64,000 bases of DNA from contig CAJMDF010000001.1 of assembly GCA_905212085.1 (NCBI GenBank), positions 16,912 through 80,911 on the forward strand, written 5' to 3'. This document shows positions 9,410-19,755 of the stretch, in pieces. Each line of letters starts with the position of its first letter. Positions within the stretch are counted from its first letter, which is position 1. Origin of the DNA: an uncultured Clostridium sp. Its GTDB lineage: Bacteria; Cyanobacteriota; Vampirovibrionia; Gastranaerophilales; Gastranaerophilaceae. Made by a program: the position numbers and the translations under genes. Below the pieces are notes generated by a model, which worked only from the letters and a program-made list of their open reading frames with translations, was not told where the DNA came from and ran no database searches.

Positions 9410-11029
9410 ATGCAGACTTTAACAAAGACTCTTACTGGGGCACAAGTAGTATTAGAGACATTAGGCAGCTTAGGAGTGGATTCGATTTTCGGTTATCCAG
9501 GAGGGATTGTGCTTAATGTATATGATGAGTTATCGAAACAAGATAAGATAAAACATTATTTGATGCGTCATGAACAGGCTGCTGTGCATGCAGCCGAAGG
9601 GTATGCAAGAGTAAGCGGAAAATGCGGGGTTGCAATTGTGACATCAGGACCTGGTGCTACAAATATTGTAACTGGAGTCGCAAATGCTTATTTGGATGGT
9701 TATCCCTTAGTTGTAATTACAGGGCAAGTGTCTGCAGAATTATTGCATAAAGATTCTTTCCAAGAAGTAGATATTATTGATATTACAAAATCTTGTACTA
9801 AAGCTAATTTTCAGGTAAAAGATGTAAAAGATTTACAAAAAATATTAGTGGATGCTTTTTCTGTTGCAATGTCAGGGAAACAAGGTCCTGTTGTTGTTGA
9901 TATTACAAAAAATGTTTTTTCAGAAAAAGTGGATTATGATGATTCTTTAGCTCAAAATATTATTGAACCAAAAGCTTCTGATATTGATATTAATAAAGCG
10001 TTAGATGCTTTATTATCAGCCCAAAAGCCATTGATAGTTGCAGGTGGTGGAGTTATTTTATCAGATGCTTCAAAAGAAATTTTTGAGTTTGCAAAATTTT
10101 TAAATATTCCAGTCGTTTCTACTATGATGGGATTAGGTGGATATCCTTCAAATGATAAAAATTATTTAGGAATGGTCGGAATTTTTGGACATCCTTCTGC
10201 AAATAAGGCTGTAAGAGATAGTGACTTGATTTTTGCTGTCGGAGCAAGGTTTAATGACAGAATACGATGTTGTTTCCCTAATAATGACCTTTCTAAACGA
10301 CTTATCCATCTAGATATTGATGAGAATGAAATATCTAGAGTTGTCCCTGCTTCAATAGCTCTTGTCGGAGATGCAAAACAAGTATTAAGTTTGATGATCG
10401 CAAAATTGAAAAATCTATCTGTAAAAACTGCCTATTCTTGGACGGATGATTTGCGCTTTCAAAATGTAGTCCCTTTAAAACGTTCAGATACTATGCATTC
10501 TTTTGAAGTTATGCAAGAGATTAATAATTGTATAAAAGATAAAGAGATTGTAATTACAACAGAAGTCGGTCAGCATCAGGTTTGGGCCGCAAGATATTTA
10601 GAATTTAATTCTCCAAGAAAATTTATAACATCAGGAGGATTAGGAACTATGGGATTTGGCTTTCCTGCAGCAATAGGTGCCAGTGTTGCAAAAAAAGAAC
10701 CCGTAATTTGTATTGCCGGAGATGGATCTTTTCAGATGAATATTCAGGAATTAGCTGTTTGCATGGATTACAATTTGCCTGTAAAAGTTTTTATTTTAGA
10801 TAACGGTTATTTGGGAATGGTAAGACAATTCCAAGAAAAACAGTGTGATGAAAGATATTTTGCTACTCATATATCTAATCCTGATTTCATAAAATTTGCT
10901 GAAGCGTATGGCGCAAAAGCAATACAAGTTGATAAATTAAGTGATGTAAAAAAAGCAATAGATTTTGCCTTTTCTATAAAAGGTCCTGTGATAGTTGATT
11001 TTATAATAGAACCAAAGGAGTTGTTATAG
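9410..11029 (+). CDS. Thiamine-pyrophosphate enzyme, acetolactate synthase large-subunit family
   Basis: 539 aa. TPP-binding GDGSFQMN...LDNGYLGMV motif. No small subunit adjacent. Confidence 0.75.
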   Translation: MQTLTKTLTGAQVVLETLGSLGVDSIFGYPGGIVLNVYDELSKQDKIKHYLMRHEQAAVHAAEGYARVSGKCGVAIVTSGPGATNIVTGVANAYLDGYPLVVITGQVSAELLHKDSFQEVDIIDITKSCTKANFQVKDVKDLQKILVDAFSVAMSGKQGPVVVDITKNVFSEKVDYDDSLAQNIIEPKASDIDINKALDALLSAQKPLIVAGGGVILSDASKEIFEFAKFLNIPVVSTMMGLGGYPSNDKNYLGMVGIFGHPSANKAVRDSDLIFAVGARFNDRIRCCFPNNDLSKRLIHLDIDENEISRVVPASIALVGDAKQVLSLMIAKLKNLSVKTAYSWTDDLRFQNVVPLKRSDTMHSFEVMQEINNCIKDKEIVITTEVGQHQVWAARYLEFNSPRKFITSGGLGTMGFGFPAAIGASVAKKEPVICIAGDGSFQMNIQELAVCMDYNLPVKVFILDNGYLGMVRQFQEKQCDERYFATHISNPDFIKFAEAYGAKAIQVDKLSDVKKAIDFAFSIKGPVIVDFIIEPKELL

Positions 11030-11035
11030 TAAGTT

Positions 11036-11662
11036 ATGTCAAAAAATGTTAGATTTATAGCTTTAAATTGTGTATATATTATTGTAATATCCCTGGGAGT
11101 TGCATATTATGTTGGAAATTTGGTCAATAAAGCTGCGGTGGTATCTTTTAAAAATTTATATTCCGTTTATTCTCAGGCTTTAAATTATACGGTTTCTCAA
11201 ATGGGGGGAGAAACTTCTTGTTATTATAGTTTAGATAGAAATGTTAAATCTAATTTTTCAGGTTGTGAAAAATTTTATAAAAAATTTGCAACTAATTTGA
11301 GAGTTCAAAAATATTGTAAGAATAATGCTCTATCTAACGGGTGTATTCCAGTTTATAAATATTATGCCAAAACACCTTCTTGTGCAGGTTTTTCTGAAAG
11401 TATGATGAATAGGTATAATCCAGCTTTTGTGATGGCAGATAGTACTAATTTAACGGTATTCAATTTGCCTAAAAATTCTCCAAAGCCGATGTTTGCAGTA
11501 GATAGTAACGGAAAGTTATTTCCTAATAAGACAGGATATGATTTATTTAGTCTTGTAATTATAAGAAATTCATATGGAAATTATTCATTCCACCCAAATA
11601 TAACATATTGTTTGCCTCGAGAAAAAAGAGGAATAAAATTTATTCAAGATGTTTATAAATAA
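11036..11662 (+). CDS. Cys-rich exported protein related to the C-terminal domain of the two prepilin-type genes, with a degenerate N-terminus
   Basis: Shares a VDxNGxxxPNxxGxDLF block and scattered Cys pairs with ORFs 30672..31511 and 52693..53547. N-terminal TM helix. Confidence 0.35.
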   Translation: MSKNVRFIALNCVYIIVISLGVAYYVGNLVNKAAVVSFKNLYSVYSQALNYTVSQMGGETSCYYSLDRNVKSNFSGCEKFYKKFATNLRVQKYCKNNALSNGCIPVYKYYAKTPSCAGFSESMMNRYNPAFVMADSTNLTVFNLPKNSPKPMFAVDSNGKLFPNKTGYDLFSLVIIRNSYGNYSFHPNITYCLPREKRGIKFIQDVYK

Positions 11663-11678
11663 TTTGCCGGAAAAGAGA

Positions 11679-12278
11679 TTAATCCATTTGGGAATAAACT
11701 CTTTTAATCTCTTGAATATCTTGCCACATAAGCCATTTGGGGCTTCCTTTTTCTCTGGAATCATTTCTTAAAAGATAGGATGGGTGAAATATAGGCATCA
11801 TTTTAGACATATGAGGTCCTTCAAACCATTTCCCCCTAATTTTTGAAATTCCTTGAGTTGTGCCAAGTATTGAATTTACAGCAACTCTGCCACATAGCAA
11901 TATAATTCTGGGCTTTAAAATATTTATTTGAGCATCTAAATATTCTTTGCAAGCAGCTTTCTCTTCAGGCAGCGGATCTCGATTTTCAGGAGGTCGGCAT
12001 TTTAGTGTGTTGCAGATATAGACATCTTTTTGTCTTGATAATCCAACTGAGGCAAAGATTTTATCTAACAACTGTCCAGCTTTTCCAACAAATGGTTCTC
12101 CTTTTTGATCTTCATAATATCCGGGAGCTTCTCCGATAAGCATTAATTTATGATTTGGGATACCACCAGAAAATACAATATTAGTTCTAGTCTTTCCAAG
12201 TGGACATTTCTCACAAGAAAGACATTTTTCTCTAATCTTTTCTAATTCTTCAATCTCCGTTTTTGTTGCTTCTTGCAT
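11679..12278 (-). CDS. Uracil-DNA glycosylase, family 4 (Fe-S type)
   Basis: CLSCEKCPLGKTRTN motif and GEAPG motif. Confidence 0.8.
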   Translation of the reverse strand: MQEATKTEIEELEKIREKCLSCEKCPLGKTRTNIVFSGGIPNHKLMLIGEAPGYYEDQKGEPFVGKAGQLLDKIFASVGLSRQKDVYICNTLKCRPPENRDPLPEEKAACKEYLDAQINILKPRIILLCGRVAVNSILGTTQGISKIRGKWFEGPHMSKMMPIFHPSYLLRNDSREKGSPKWLMWQDIQEIKRVYSQMD

Positions 12279-12306
12279 AGTTATTAATCCTTGTTAAGCA
12301 ATAGAA

Positions 12307-13632
12307 TTAGGCTTCAGGTTCTAATATTGATATTACTGCATTATTAATACTTAAATATTTTTTAATGGTATTTTCTAGATCTTCGATTGTTATATCTTCT
12401 AAGTCTTTAAGATAATTCTCGATTAGTTTCAAGTCTTCGCAAACTGTCATATAATAACCGATTGTCTCACCGATTTCAGATACAGTTTCAGCAGAATATG
12501 CAAAACGTGATTTAATTTTTTTCTTAGCTTTTGCAAGTTCTTCTTCTGAAATCCTGTTATTTAAAAGATTTGCGATTTCTTTTTTTATTAATTCAACAGC
12601 TATTTCTTTTTTCTCAGGTTTAAAATTAGCTTGTACAAAGAAATTGTTTCCGTCTTTAAATTGATAATGCTCAGCATTTGCCATATTGAATATTTGCTCA
12701 GGCTGTTTTTCGATTAAATTTTGGTACAGTCTTGAACTAGTGCTTTCACCTAAAATTATGCTTATTATATCAAGTTCAATATTTTCTTTTAGTTGATTAG
12801 CTTTTGGCCCTAAAAATCCTACCATTAAGTAAGATGTGTTAGTTTTAGCTTTATTTTCAACTACTATTGTATGGTCAGTAGGTGAATCTATTTCATTAAT
12901 TTTTTTAGGAGCGTTAGGACGACTTTTAAAATCAAATTCTTTTTCTACTTTTTCCAAAACTTTTTGTTTATCAAAATCTCCGACAATAATTGTTGTCATA
13001 TTTTCTGGAGAATAGAATGTTTTGTAATAGTTCATAATTTCATCTCTTGTAACTTGAGAAATTATTTCAGGAGTGCCTATTACATCACGTTTGTACGGGT
13101 GTTTTTTATACATATTGAAGTTGCATGCATTGTATACTTTAGTCCAGTTTTGGTCTTTGCGCATTCTAATTTCTTCAATTACAACGTGTCTTTCCCTTTT
13201 GTCGGTAACTTTTGGATTGTTTAGATCGAACGGAGCTCCGATTTCTTCTTCAGGTAAGACTGGGTCAAGCATCATATCTGCGTGTAATTCAATAGCTAAA
13301 TATAAATCTTTATCTTGAGGACCTTTAGGTAGGGTTACATAATAAAAAGTATAATCCTTCCAAGTTGCAGCGTTTACAATTGCGCCTTTAGCTTCCAAAG
13401 TTTTGTCAAAATATCCTGCTTTATGTTTATGTGTTCCTTTGAACATAAGATGTTCAAGAAAATGTGAAATTCCGTTAATTTTGTTATCTTCATTTATTGA
13501 ACCTGTTTTGACCCAAGTGCTTATATTTACAAGTTCACCTTCTTTGTGTGCTAAAACTATTTTATGACCGTTTTCTCTTTCATAAATTTCTACATCTTCT
13601 GTAAGGTAAGGATATTTTACTAAAGTTTTCAT
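12307..13632 (-). CDS. M16 family zinc peptidase (pitrilysin-like)
   Basis: Inverted zinc motif HFLEHLMFKGT. About 440 aa. Confidence 0.8.
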   Translation of the reverse strand: MKTLVKYPYLTEDVEIYERENGHKIVLAHKEGELVNISTWVKTGSINEDNKINGISHFLEHLMFKGTHKHKAGYFDKTLEAKGAIVNAATWKDYTFYYVTLPKGPQDKDLYLAIELHADMMLDPVLPEEEIGAPFDLNNPKVTDKRERHVVIEEIRMRKDQNWTKVYNACNFNMYKKHPYKRDVIGTPEIISQVTRDEIMNYYKTFYSPENMTTIIVGDFDKQKVLEKVEKEFDFKSRPNAPKKINEIDSPTDHTIVVENKAKTNTSYLMVGFLGPKANQLKENIELDIISIILGESTSSRLYQNLIEKQPEQIFNMANAEHYQFKDGNNFFVQANFKPEKKEIAVELIKKEIANLLNNRISEEELAKAKKKIKSRFAYSAETVSEIGETIGYYMTVCEDLKLIENYLKDLEDITIEDLENTIKKYLSINNAVISILEPEA

Positions 13633-13698
13633 TTTGCCCTCTTTCAATAATTTTTTCTTTATTATACACTAAATAAATTTTTAGGTTATAATAATTTT

Positions 13699-14382
13699 AT
13701 GAATATAATAAATCGTTTAAAGGGAAAAGTAGTGGTTTCAGTTCAGGCAATGCCTTCTGAACCTTTGTATTTGGAAAAATGTATGGTCGCTATGATGAAG
13801 TCTGTTATAAAAGGCGGAGCTGGCGGTTTGCGTGTAGCAGGTGCAAGAGATGTTAAAAATGCAAAGCATCTTTTTGATGTGCCGATTATAGGACTTACAA
13901 AACCTGATATTATCCCTTCGAATTGGCAGGAAATCGTCTATATTACTCCGACTTTAAAAGAGGTGATAGAACTTGTAGAGGCTGGTGCTGATATTATTGC
14001 TTTTGACGGTACTATGAGGGAAAGACCTAATGGTGCTAAGTTAGAGGAATTAATTAAGTATGTAAAAATTAATAATCGAGTTTCTATGGCTGATATTTCT
14101 ACGTTGGAAGAAGGCCTTAATGCCGAAAAATTGGGTGCAAATATTTTGTCCACAACTCTTTCAGGATATACTCAATTTTCGCAAAACAGAGGCTCCGGTC
14201 CTGATTTTGAATTATTAAAACAATTGGTTGATAATACGAATTTGCCTGTAGTTTTGGAAGGTCGTATTTGGGAACCTGAAGAAGTAGATAAAGCATTTGA
14301 GCTTGGTGCGCATTGTGTAGTAATTGGATCAGCTATTACAAGACCGCAATTAATTACTAAAAGATTTGTGCAAAGAGGTTAA
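13699..14382 (+). CDS. nanE: N-acetylmannosamine-6-phosphate 2-epimerase
   Basis: 227-aa NanE-like TIM-barrel protein. Followed by a ROK kinase. Confidence 0.65.
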   Translation: MNIINRLKGKVVVSVQAMPSEPLYLEKCMVAMMKSVIKGGAGGLRVAGARDVKNAKHLFDVPIIGLTKPDIIPSNWQEIVYITPTLKEVIELVEAGADIIAFDGTMRERPNGAKLEELIKYVKINNRVSMADISTLEEGLNAEKLGANILSTTLSGYTQFSQNRGSGPDFELLKQLVDNTNLPVVLEGRIWEPEEVDKAFELGAHCVVIGSAITRPQLITKRFVQRG

Positions 14383-14401
14383 TTAAAAAAGGATTGCATA
14401 T

Positions 14402-14575
14402 ATGAAAATTCGTATAATGTCTAATTACGATATTGCTAAAAATTTAATAAATATAATTAATAATTCTGCAGAGTATGCATGTAGAAACAAAAATAATGCT
14501 TCAGCTGTCGCTCAAAAAGTTTTAAATAATAGTGATGTGTTTGTTAAAAATTCGGAAAAGGGTATAAGAAAATGA
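14402..14575 (+). CDS. Unannotated small ORF (57 aa) between nanE and the ROK kinase. Its stop overlaps the kinase start (ATGA)
   Basis: ATG at 14402 preceded by AAAAGGA. TGA at 14573-75 overlaps ATG 14572. Not in the supplied ORF track. Confidence 0.3.
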   Translation: MKIRIMSNYDIAKNLINIINNSAEYACRNKNNASAVAQKVLNNSDVFVKNSEKGIRK

Positions 14576-15438
14576 AAAAAGCATTAGCAATCGATGTAGG
14601 TGGAACAAAAATTTATAATACGATAATTAATGAAAAAGGTGAAATTCTTTCGGAAGTTGAGAAGCACCATACTCCTAAAACATTTAATGAAATTAGAGCT
14701 TTGTTTGAAGAAATTATTGCAAAACATGAAAAAGAAGTTGATGTGATAGCTTTTGCAACTTGCGGAGCTGTAAATAATGAAAATAACAAAATTCTAGGTT
14801 CAACAGGAAATATTGCTGCAGGTTATCCTGAAATGGATTTTAAAAGTTTGAGTAAGAAACGAGTATTTGTAGAAAATGATGCAAATGCTGCTGCTTGGGC
14901 AGAACATGTAGTTGGCTCATCAAAAGGGATGCCTTATTCTGTTATGTTAACATTAGGTACAGGAGTAGGCGGCGGAATTATTTTGGATAACAAATTATAT
15001 AAAGGCAAAAACGGCGCAGCAGGTGAAATGCATTTTAAAATGCGTACGGATAAGCATAGAAAATGTACTTGCGGAAGCTATGATTGTTTTGAAGCATATG
15101 CATCAGGTACTGGTTTGAAAAGAACTGCAGAGGAAATTTCAGGGGATCAGGAAATTACAACTTATGATGTTATTCAAAATCAAGATAGACCGATGATGAA
15201 AAAGATTTTTGAAAAATGGCAAAATGACATTTTAGAAGGAATTATCGGGCTTGCTAATATATTTGATCCTGATGTTGTTGTACTATCTGGTTCAATGGCT
15301 GAATTTGTTGATATTGAATTTTTAGAAAAACAAGCGAATAAAGAGATTGTAACAACTCCTTTTAAAGTCGTGAAAGCTTCTGCTGGTAATTATTCTGGAA
15401 TGATAGGTGCGGCATTACTAGCTTTGGGGGTAAAATAG
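14572..15438 (+). CDS. ROK family sugar kinase (N-acetylmannosamine kinase/glucokinase-like)
   Basis: DVGGTK N-terminus, ROK CxCGxxGC-type zinc motif (CTCGSYDCFEAY). Next to nanE. Confidence 0.75.
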   Translation: MKKALAIDVGGTKIYNTIINEKGEILSEVEKHHTPKTFNEIRALFEEIIAKHEKEVDVIAFATCGAVNNENNKILGSTGNIAAGYPEMDFKSLSKKRVFVENDANAAAWAEHVVGSSKGMPYSVMLTLGTGVGGGIILDNKLYKGKNGAAGEMHFKMRTDKHRKCTCGSYDCFEAYASGTGLKRTAEEISGDQEITTYDVIQNQDRPMMKKIFEKWQNDILEGIIGLANIFDPDVVVLSGSMAEFVDIEFLEKQANKEIVTTPFKVVKASAGNYSGMIGAALLALGVK

Positions 15439-15439
15439 A

Positions 15440-15658
15440 TTGGGAAAATCGAAAAAAAGAATTATTTACAAAGGAAAAAATCTTCAATTTACCAATCTTA
15501 CTCGCGAGGAAGCCGTAAAAACAGCTGTTGAATTTATTAATTCTAACAGTAAAGAGGCTTATTCGCTGATTACTCTTTTTGGGCTTACTGCTGAGGAGAT
15601 ATTGGAAGCAGGTGCGAGTTACGAGGCTGTAAAAGGAATGGAAAGTCTTTTAGGATGA
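15440..15658 (+). CDS. Small hypothetical protein (72 aa), translationally coupled to the downstream prenyltransferase
   Basis: ORF stop overlaps the downstream ATG (ATGA). Confidence 0.3.
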   Translation: MGKSKKRIIYKGKNLQFTNLTREEAVKTAVEFINSNSKEAYSLITLFGLTAEEILEAGASYEAVKGMESLLG

Positions 15659-16527
15659 TAAAAAAAATATTATTTTGGTTGGAAAATTCTAGGATATTTT
15701 CTTTGCCAATGACACTTTTATCTTGGCTTGTAATTTTTATTTATTCTTTAAAATTTGGCGGAAATGTTTTAAATGGTCTTGTCGCATTGATTGGGATATC
15801 TTTTGCGCATTTAGCGACAAATCTTTTTGATGATTATATTGATTATAAAAAACTGACTGATAGTTCTCAAAAATGTAAATGTGCTTATATAAAAGATGGG
15901 AAAGCAACGTTAAAAGATGTTTTATTTGTTGTAATTATTTATTGTGTAATAGCTTCTTGTGCTGGATTATTTTTACTTTTAAGGTGTGGTTTCCCAGTTG
16001 TTATTCTAGGTTTAATCGGAGGAATTATTACTCTTGTTTACGCAAAGCTTTCCCAAAAAGGTTTGAGTGAATTAGCAGTTGGGATAGCTTTTGGCCCTTT
16101 GTTATTTGAAGGTGTCTATTTTGTAATGACAGGTAAATTTTCTTTAGTAGTTTTTGTTTTGTCATTAGCTGTTGTAATGTTTACGATAGGTCTTTTGTAT
16201 GTGCACACTCTATTAGATTTTGAAGGAGATATGTATGCACATAAAAAGACTTTAGTATGTAGAATTGCTGATAAAAATTTAGCATCAAAAGGTGTATTTA
16301 TTGTCTATGGTTTAGGCTATGTATTTACATTCTTACTTGCTTTTATGTTGAAAAATTATTATATTTTACTTACTTTTCTGCTTATCCCTCTTATTTTTGA
16401 TATGTATAATTCATTAAAAACTTTTACTTGTGGTGATGAGGTAAAAGAATTCTATTTTAGATTGCTAAAAGCAAGGAACTTAATGGTTTATTATTCTTTG
16501 TTAATTACATTATTTTTACTATTTTAA
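15655..16527 (+). CDS. UbiA family prenyltransferase (MenA/UbiA-like)
   Basis: Polytopic. NLFDDYIDY aspartate-rich motif. Confidence 0.7.
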   Translation: MIKKILFWLENSRIFSLPMTLLSWLVIFIYSLKFGGNVLNGLVALIGISFAHLATNLFDDYIDYKKLTDSSQKCKCAYIKDGKATLKDVLFVVIIYCVIASCAGLFLLLRCGFPVVILGLIGGIITLVYAKLSQKGLSELAVGIAFGPLLFEGVYFVMTGKFSLVVFVLSLAVVMFTIGLLYVHTLLDFEGDMYAHKKTLVCRIADKNLASKGVFIVYGLGYVFTFLLAFMLKNYYILLTFLLIPLIFDMYNSLKTFTCGDEVKEFYFRLLKARNLMVYYSLLITLFLLF

Positions 16528-16576
16528 TTTTATTAGACTTATGCTATTCTAATAATATAAGAAGTAAGGAGCATCA

Positions 16577-17905
16577 ATGAATAGCACAAATCAGAATTTA
16601 AAACCAATTACTACTAAAATAAATCAAGCAGGGAACCTTGAAATTGGTGGTTGTGATTTGATCGAATTAGCTGAAAAATATGGTACTCCTTTGTATGTTT
16701 TGGATGAAAAGACAATTAGATCAATTTGTCATGATTATAAAAAAGCTTTTGAAGCTTATCCGAAAGTAAATATGATGTTTGCTTCAAAAGCATTATGCAC
16801 TATGGCAACCTCTAAAATTCTTGCAAGTGAAGGCTTTGGATTTGACGTTGTGTCAGCAGGTGAAATTTATACTGTATACAAAGCCGGAGTCGATATGTCT
16901 AAGGTTTTGTTTAACGGGAATAATAAATCCTTTGATGAATTAACTTTAGCTATTGAACTAGGAGTTGGAAGAATATCTGTTGATAATTTCTTTGAATTGG
17001 AGTTATTAAACGAAATTGCGAAATCTCATAATAAAATTGTTGATATTTTATTAAGAATTACCCCTGGTATTGAATGCCACACACATGAATATATTCAAAC
17101 TGGTCATTTGGATTCAAAATTTGGTTTTGATTTGACTCAAATTGATGAAGCTGTTGAATTGATTTTAAATGATTATAAAAATTTAAAATTGCATGGATTG
17201 CATGCGCATATCGGTTCTCAGATTTTTGAGACTTCAATTTATGGAGATGAGATTGAAATCCTTGTCAAAGAAATAGCAAGACTTGATGAAAAATTTAATT
17301 TAAAACTCGATGAAATAAATGTTGGAGGCGGTTTAGGTGTTAAATATACAGATAGTGATTGTCCGCCATCAACTTATACTATCGCTGAAATTATTATAAA
17401 TCGTTTAAATGAATGTATAAAAAAATATAATATTGATACTCCTGCTTTATTTATAGAACCAGGTAGAAGTGTAATTTCTACATCTGGAGTTACTTTGTAT
17501 ACTTTGGGTAGTTCTAAACAAGTGCCTAAAGGTAAAAAATATTTTGCTGTTGATGGTGGAATGGCTGATAATCCTCGACCATCTATGTATCAGGCTGAAT
17601 ATTATGCTGAAATTGCAAATAAAACGGATTTAGAAATTGCTAGTACTGTTACAATTGCAGGACGATTCTGTGAATCAGGTGATATTTTGATTAAAAATAT
17701 TAAATTGCCTGAAATTGATGAGGGTGATATTCTTTGCGTTTATAATACAGGTGCTTATAATTATTCTATGGCTTCTAATTATAACAGAGTACAAAAACCT
17801 GCAATGGTACTTGTAAATAATTCTCAATCTGATATTATAATAAATAGAGAGACTCTAGATGATTTGATTTCACACGATATAATTCCGGATAGGTTGAAAA
17901 AATGA
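16577..17905 (+). CDS. lysA: Diaminopimelate decarboxylase
   Basis: PLP-lysine FASKAL, EPGRSV and CESGD motifs. 442 aa. Confidence 0.9.
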   Translation: MNSTNQNLKPITTKINQAGNLEIGGCDLIELAEKYGTPLYVLDEKTIRSICHDYKKAFEAYPKVNMMFASKALCTMATSKILASEGFGFDVVSAGEIYTVYKAGVDMSKVLFNGNNKSFDELTLAIELGVGRISVDNFFELELLNEIAKSHNKIVDILLRITPGIECHTHEYIQTGHLDSKFGFDLTQIDEAVELILNDYKNLKLHGLHAHIGSQIFETSIYGDEIEILVKEIARLDEKFNLKLDEINVGGGLGVKYTDSDCPPSTYTIAEIIINRLNECIKKYNIDTPALFIEPGRSVISTSGVTLYTLGSSKQVPKGKKYFAVDGGMADNPRPSMYQAEYYAEIANKTDLEIASTVTIAGRFCESGDILIKNIKLPEIDEGDILCVYNTGAYNYSMASNYNRVQKPAMVLVNNSQSDIIINRETLDDLISHDIIPDRLKK

Positions 17906-18801
17906 TTAATGATTTTATTACATACATATTAAAATATATTTCAACTCTTGAAGTGACTTTTAATTGGTCTGATTTTTTACAGATAGCATTTCTTGCAGGA
18001 TTATTATTGTTTTTATATCGAAAATTTATTAAAAATACATCTTCAGAAAAGTTTGTTAAAGGTCTTTTAATTTTAGTTTGTGTTTGGGCTTTCAGTGAAG
18101 TATTGATGCAAATTGATTTAAAAATTATTGGTATGTTTTTGAAATCGATTGTAACGCTTGTATCTTTAAGTTTAATAGTAATATTCCAACCTGAATTAAG
18201 ACGGTTTTTAGGCTTTTTAGGTCAAGTTGATTTTGTTACTCGTATTTTTAACTCAAATCATGACAAATCGAAAAGTCAGAAAATTGATGTTGTAAAAGAA
18301 TTAATTGAAAGCGTTAAGTATCTTTCTAAATCGCATACAGGTGCATTGATTGTATTCCAGAGTGATTTGAGAAATACATATTATGATGTCGGTACAAAAT
18401 TAAATGCAGATTTATCTACTGAATTGATTTTGACTATTTTCCATCCTAATACCCCATTGCATGATGGTGCTGTTGTTATAAACGGAGATAAAATAATTTC
18501 AGCAGGAGTTTTGCTCCCATTGACAGAAGATCCAAAACTCAGTTGGAAATATGGTACTCGCCACCGCGCTGCTATTGGGATGACTGAAAATAGTGATGCT
18601 GCTTGTCTTGTTGTTTCAGAGGAAACCGGAGATGTATCTGTTGCTATTGATGGCAGTTTGAAAAAATACGAAGATTTAGTTACGTTGAAATCTGATTTAG
18701 AAAATATTTTAGGTTATAAGGATAAATCAGAAGAAGAAAAAAATACAATTTTTAAAATTAATAATTTTATGACAATAAAAAAATCTTCTAAAGATGAATA
18801 A
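17902..18801 (+). CDS. cdaA: Diadenylate cyclase CdaA (DAC domain, membrane-anchored)
   Basis: N-terminal TM helices. DGAVVI...GTRHRAAIGMTENSDAACLVVSEETG DAC motifs. Confidence 0.85.
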   Translation: MINDFITYILKYISTLEVTFNWSDFLQIAFLAGLLLFLYRKFIKNTSSEKFVKGLLILVCVWAFSEVLMQIDLKIIGMFLKSIVTLVSLSLIVIFQPELRRFLGFLGQVDFVTRIFNSNHDKSKSQKIDVVKELIESVKYLSKSHTGALIVFQSDLRNTYYDVGTKLNADLSTELILTIFHPNTPLHDGAVVINGDKIISAGVLLPLTEDPKLSWKYGTRHRAAIGMTENSDAACLVVSEETGDVSVAIDGSLKKYEDLVTLKSDLENILGYKDKSEEEKNTIFKINNFMTIKKSSKDE

Positions 18802-19702
18802 TGAGAGGTTAAAAAAATTACGTATGCCTGAAGAAAAATTGACAAAAAAGGAATTATTTTTTTCTATTTTAACAAAGATGTTCTTTTTGACAGTTGGTCC
18901 ATTTGTTGCAGCTTTTGCTTTAGAAGTTTTTTTAGTTCCAAATAATATTATTGATGGTGGTATTGTTGGTATTTCTATTATTTTAAGTTATTTAACAAAG
19001 ATTAATTTAGGGTTATTAATTTTTATAATTAACATTCCATTTTTCTTTCTTGCTTTTAACAAAATTGGTAAAAAATTTGTACTTCAAACTTTTTATGCAA
19101 TTGGCATGTTGTCTTTGGCTTTAAACTTATTTACATCTCATGATCATCCTGTAACTCATGATTTATTGTTATCAACCGTTTTTGGCGGAATTATTTTAGG
19201 CACAGGAGTTGGTTTGGTTCTAAAAAATGAAGGATCTTTAGATGGAACTGAAATTATGTCTTTAGTATTATCTAAAAAATTCGGATTTTCTGTTGGCGAA
19301 TGGATAATGTTATTTAATATATTTATTTATGGCGCAGCAGGTATTGTTTTTGGTTGGAATAAAGCAATGTATGCTGTACTTACTTATTTTATAGCCTTCA
19401 GAGTAATTGATGTTGTTTTAGAAGGTCTTAATTCTGCAAAATCAATTGAAGTTATAAGTGATAAAGCTACAGAAATAGGTGATGAACTTTTAGAAAAATT
19501 GGATATAGGTGTTACTTATTTAAAAGGAATAGGAGCTTATTCCGGAACAGAAAAGACATTGATTTATTGCGTGGTATCAAGACTAGAACTCGCTAAAATG
19601 AAAGAAATTATAAAAAGGATTGATCCTACTGCCTTTATTTCGATTGTAGATGTCCATGAAGCATATGGCGGTAGAACCCGTGGTAGTATTGACAAAATTT
19701 AA
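18794..19702 (+). CDS. YitT/DUF161 family membrane protein (DUF2179 C-terminal domain)
   Basis: Polytopic N-terminus plus a soluble C-terminal domain typical of the YitT family. Confidence 0.55.
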   Translation: MNNERLKKLRMPEEKLTKKELFFSILTKMFFLTVGPFVAAFALEVFLVPNNIIDGGIVGISIILSYLTKINLGLLIFIINIPFFFLAFNKIGKKFVLQTFYAIGMLSLALNLFTSHDHPVTHDLLLSTVFGGIILGTGVGLVLKNEGSLDGTEIMSLVLSKKFGFSVGEWIMLFNIFIYGAAGIVFGWNKAMYAVLTYFIAFRVIDVVLEGLNSAKSIEVISDKATEIGDELLEKLDIGVTYLKGIGAYSGTEKTLIYCVVSRLELAKMKEIIKRIDPTAFISIVDVHEAYGGRTRGSIDKI

Positions 19703-19755
19703 CAAAATAGACAAGTTATTGAAAATATAGTATTATTTATAAAAAGGATAAAAAT

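Noticed and set aside
16528-16576. Possible lysine riboswitch upstream of lysA
   Set aside because: Only about 49 nt of leader, too short for a lysine riboswitch. No conserved elements recognised.
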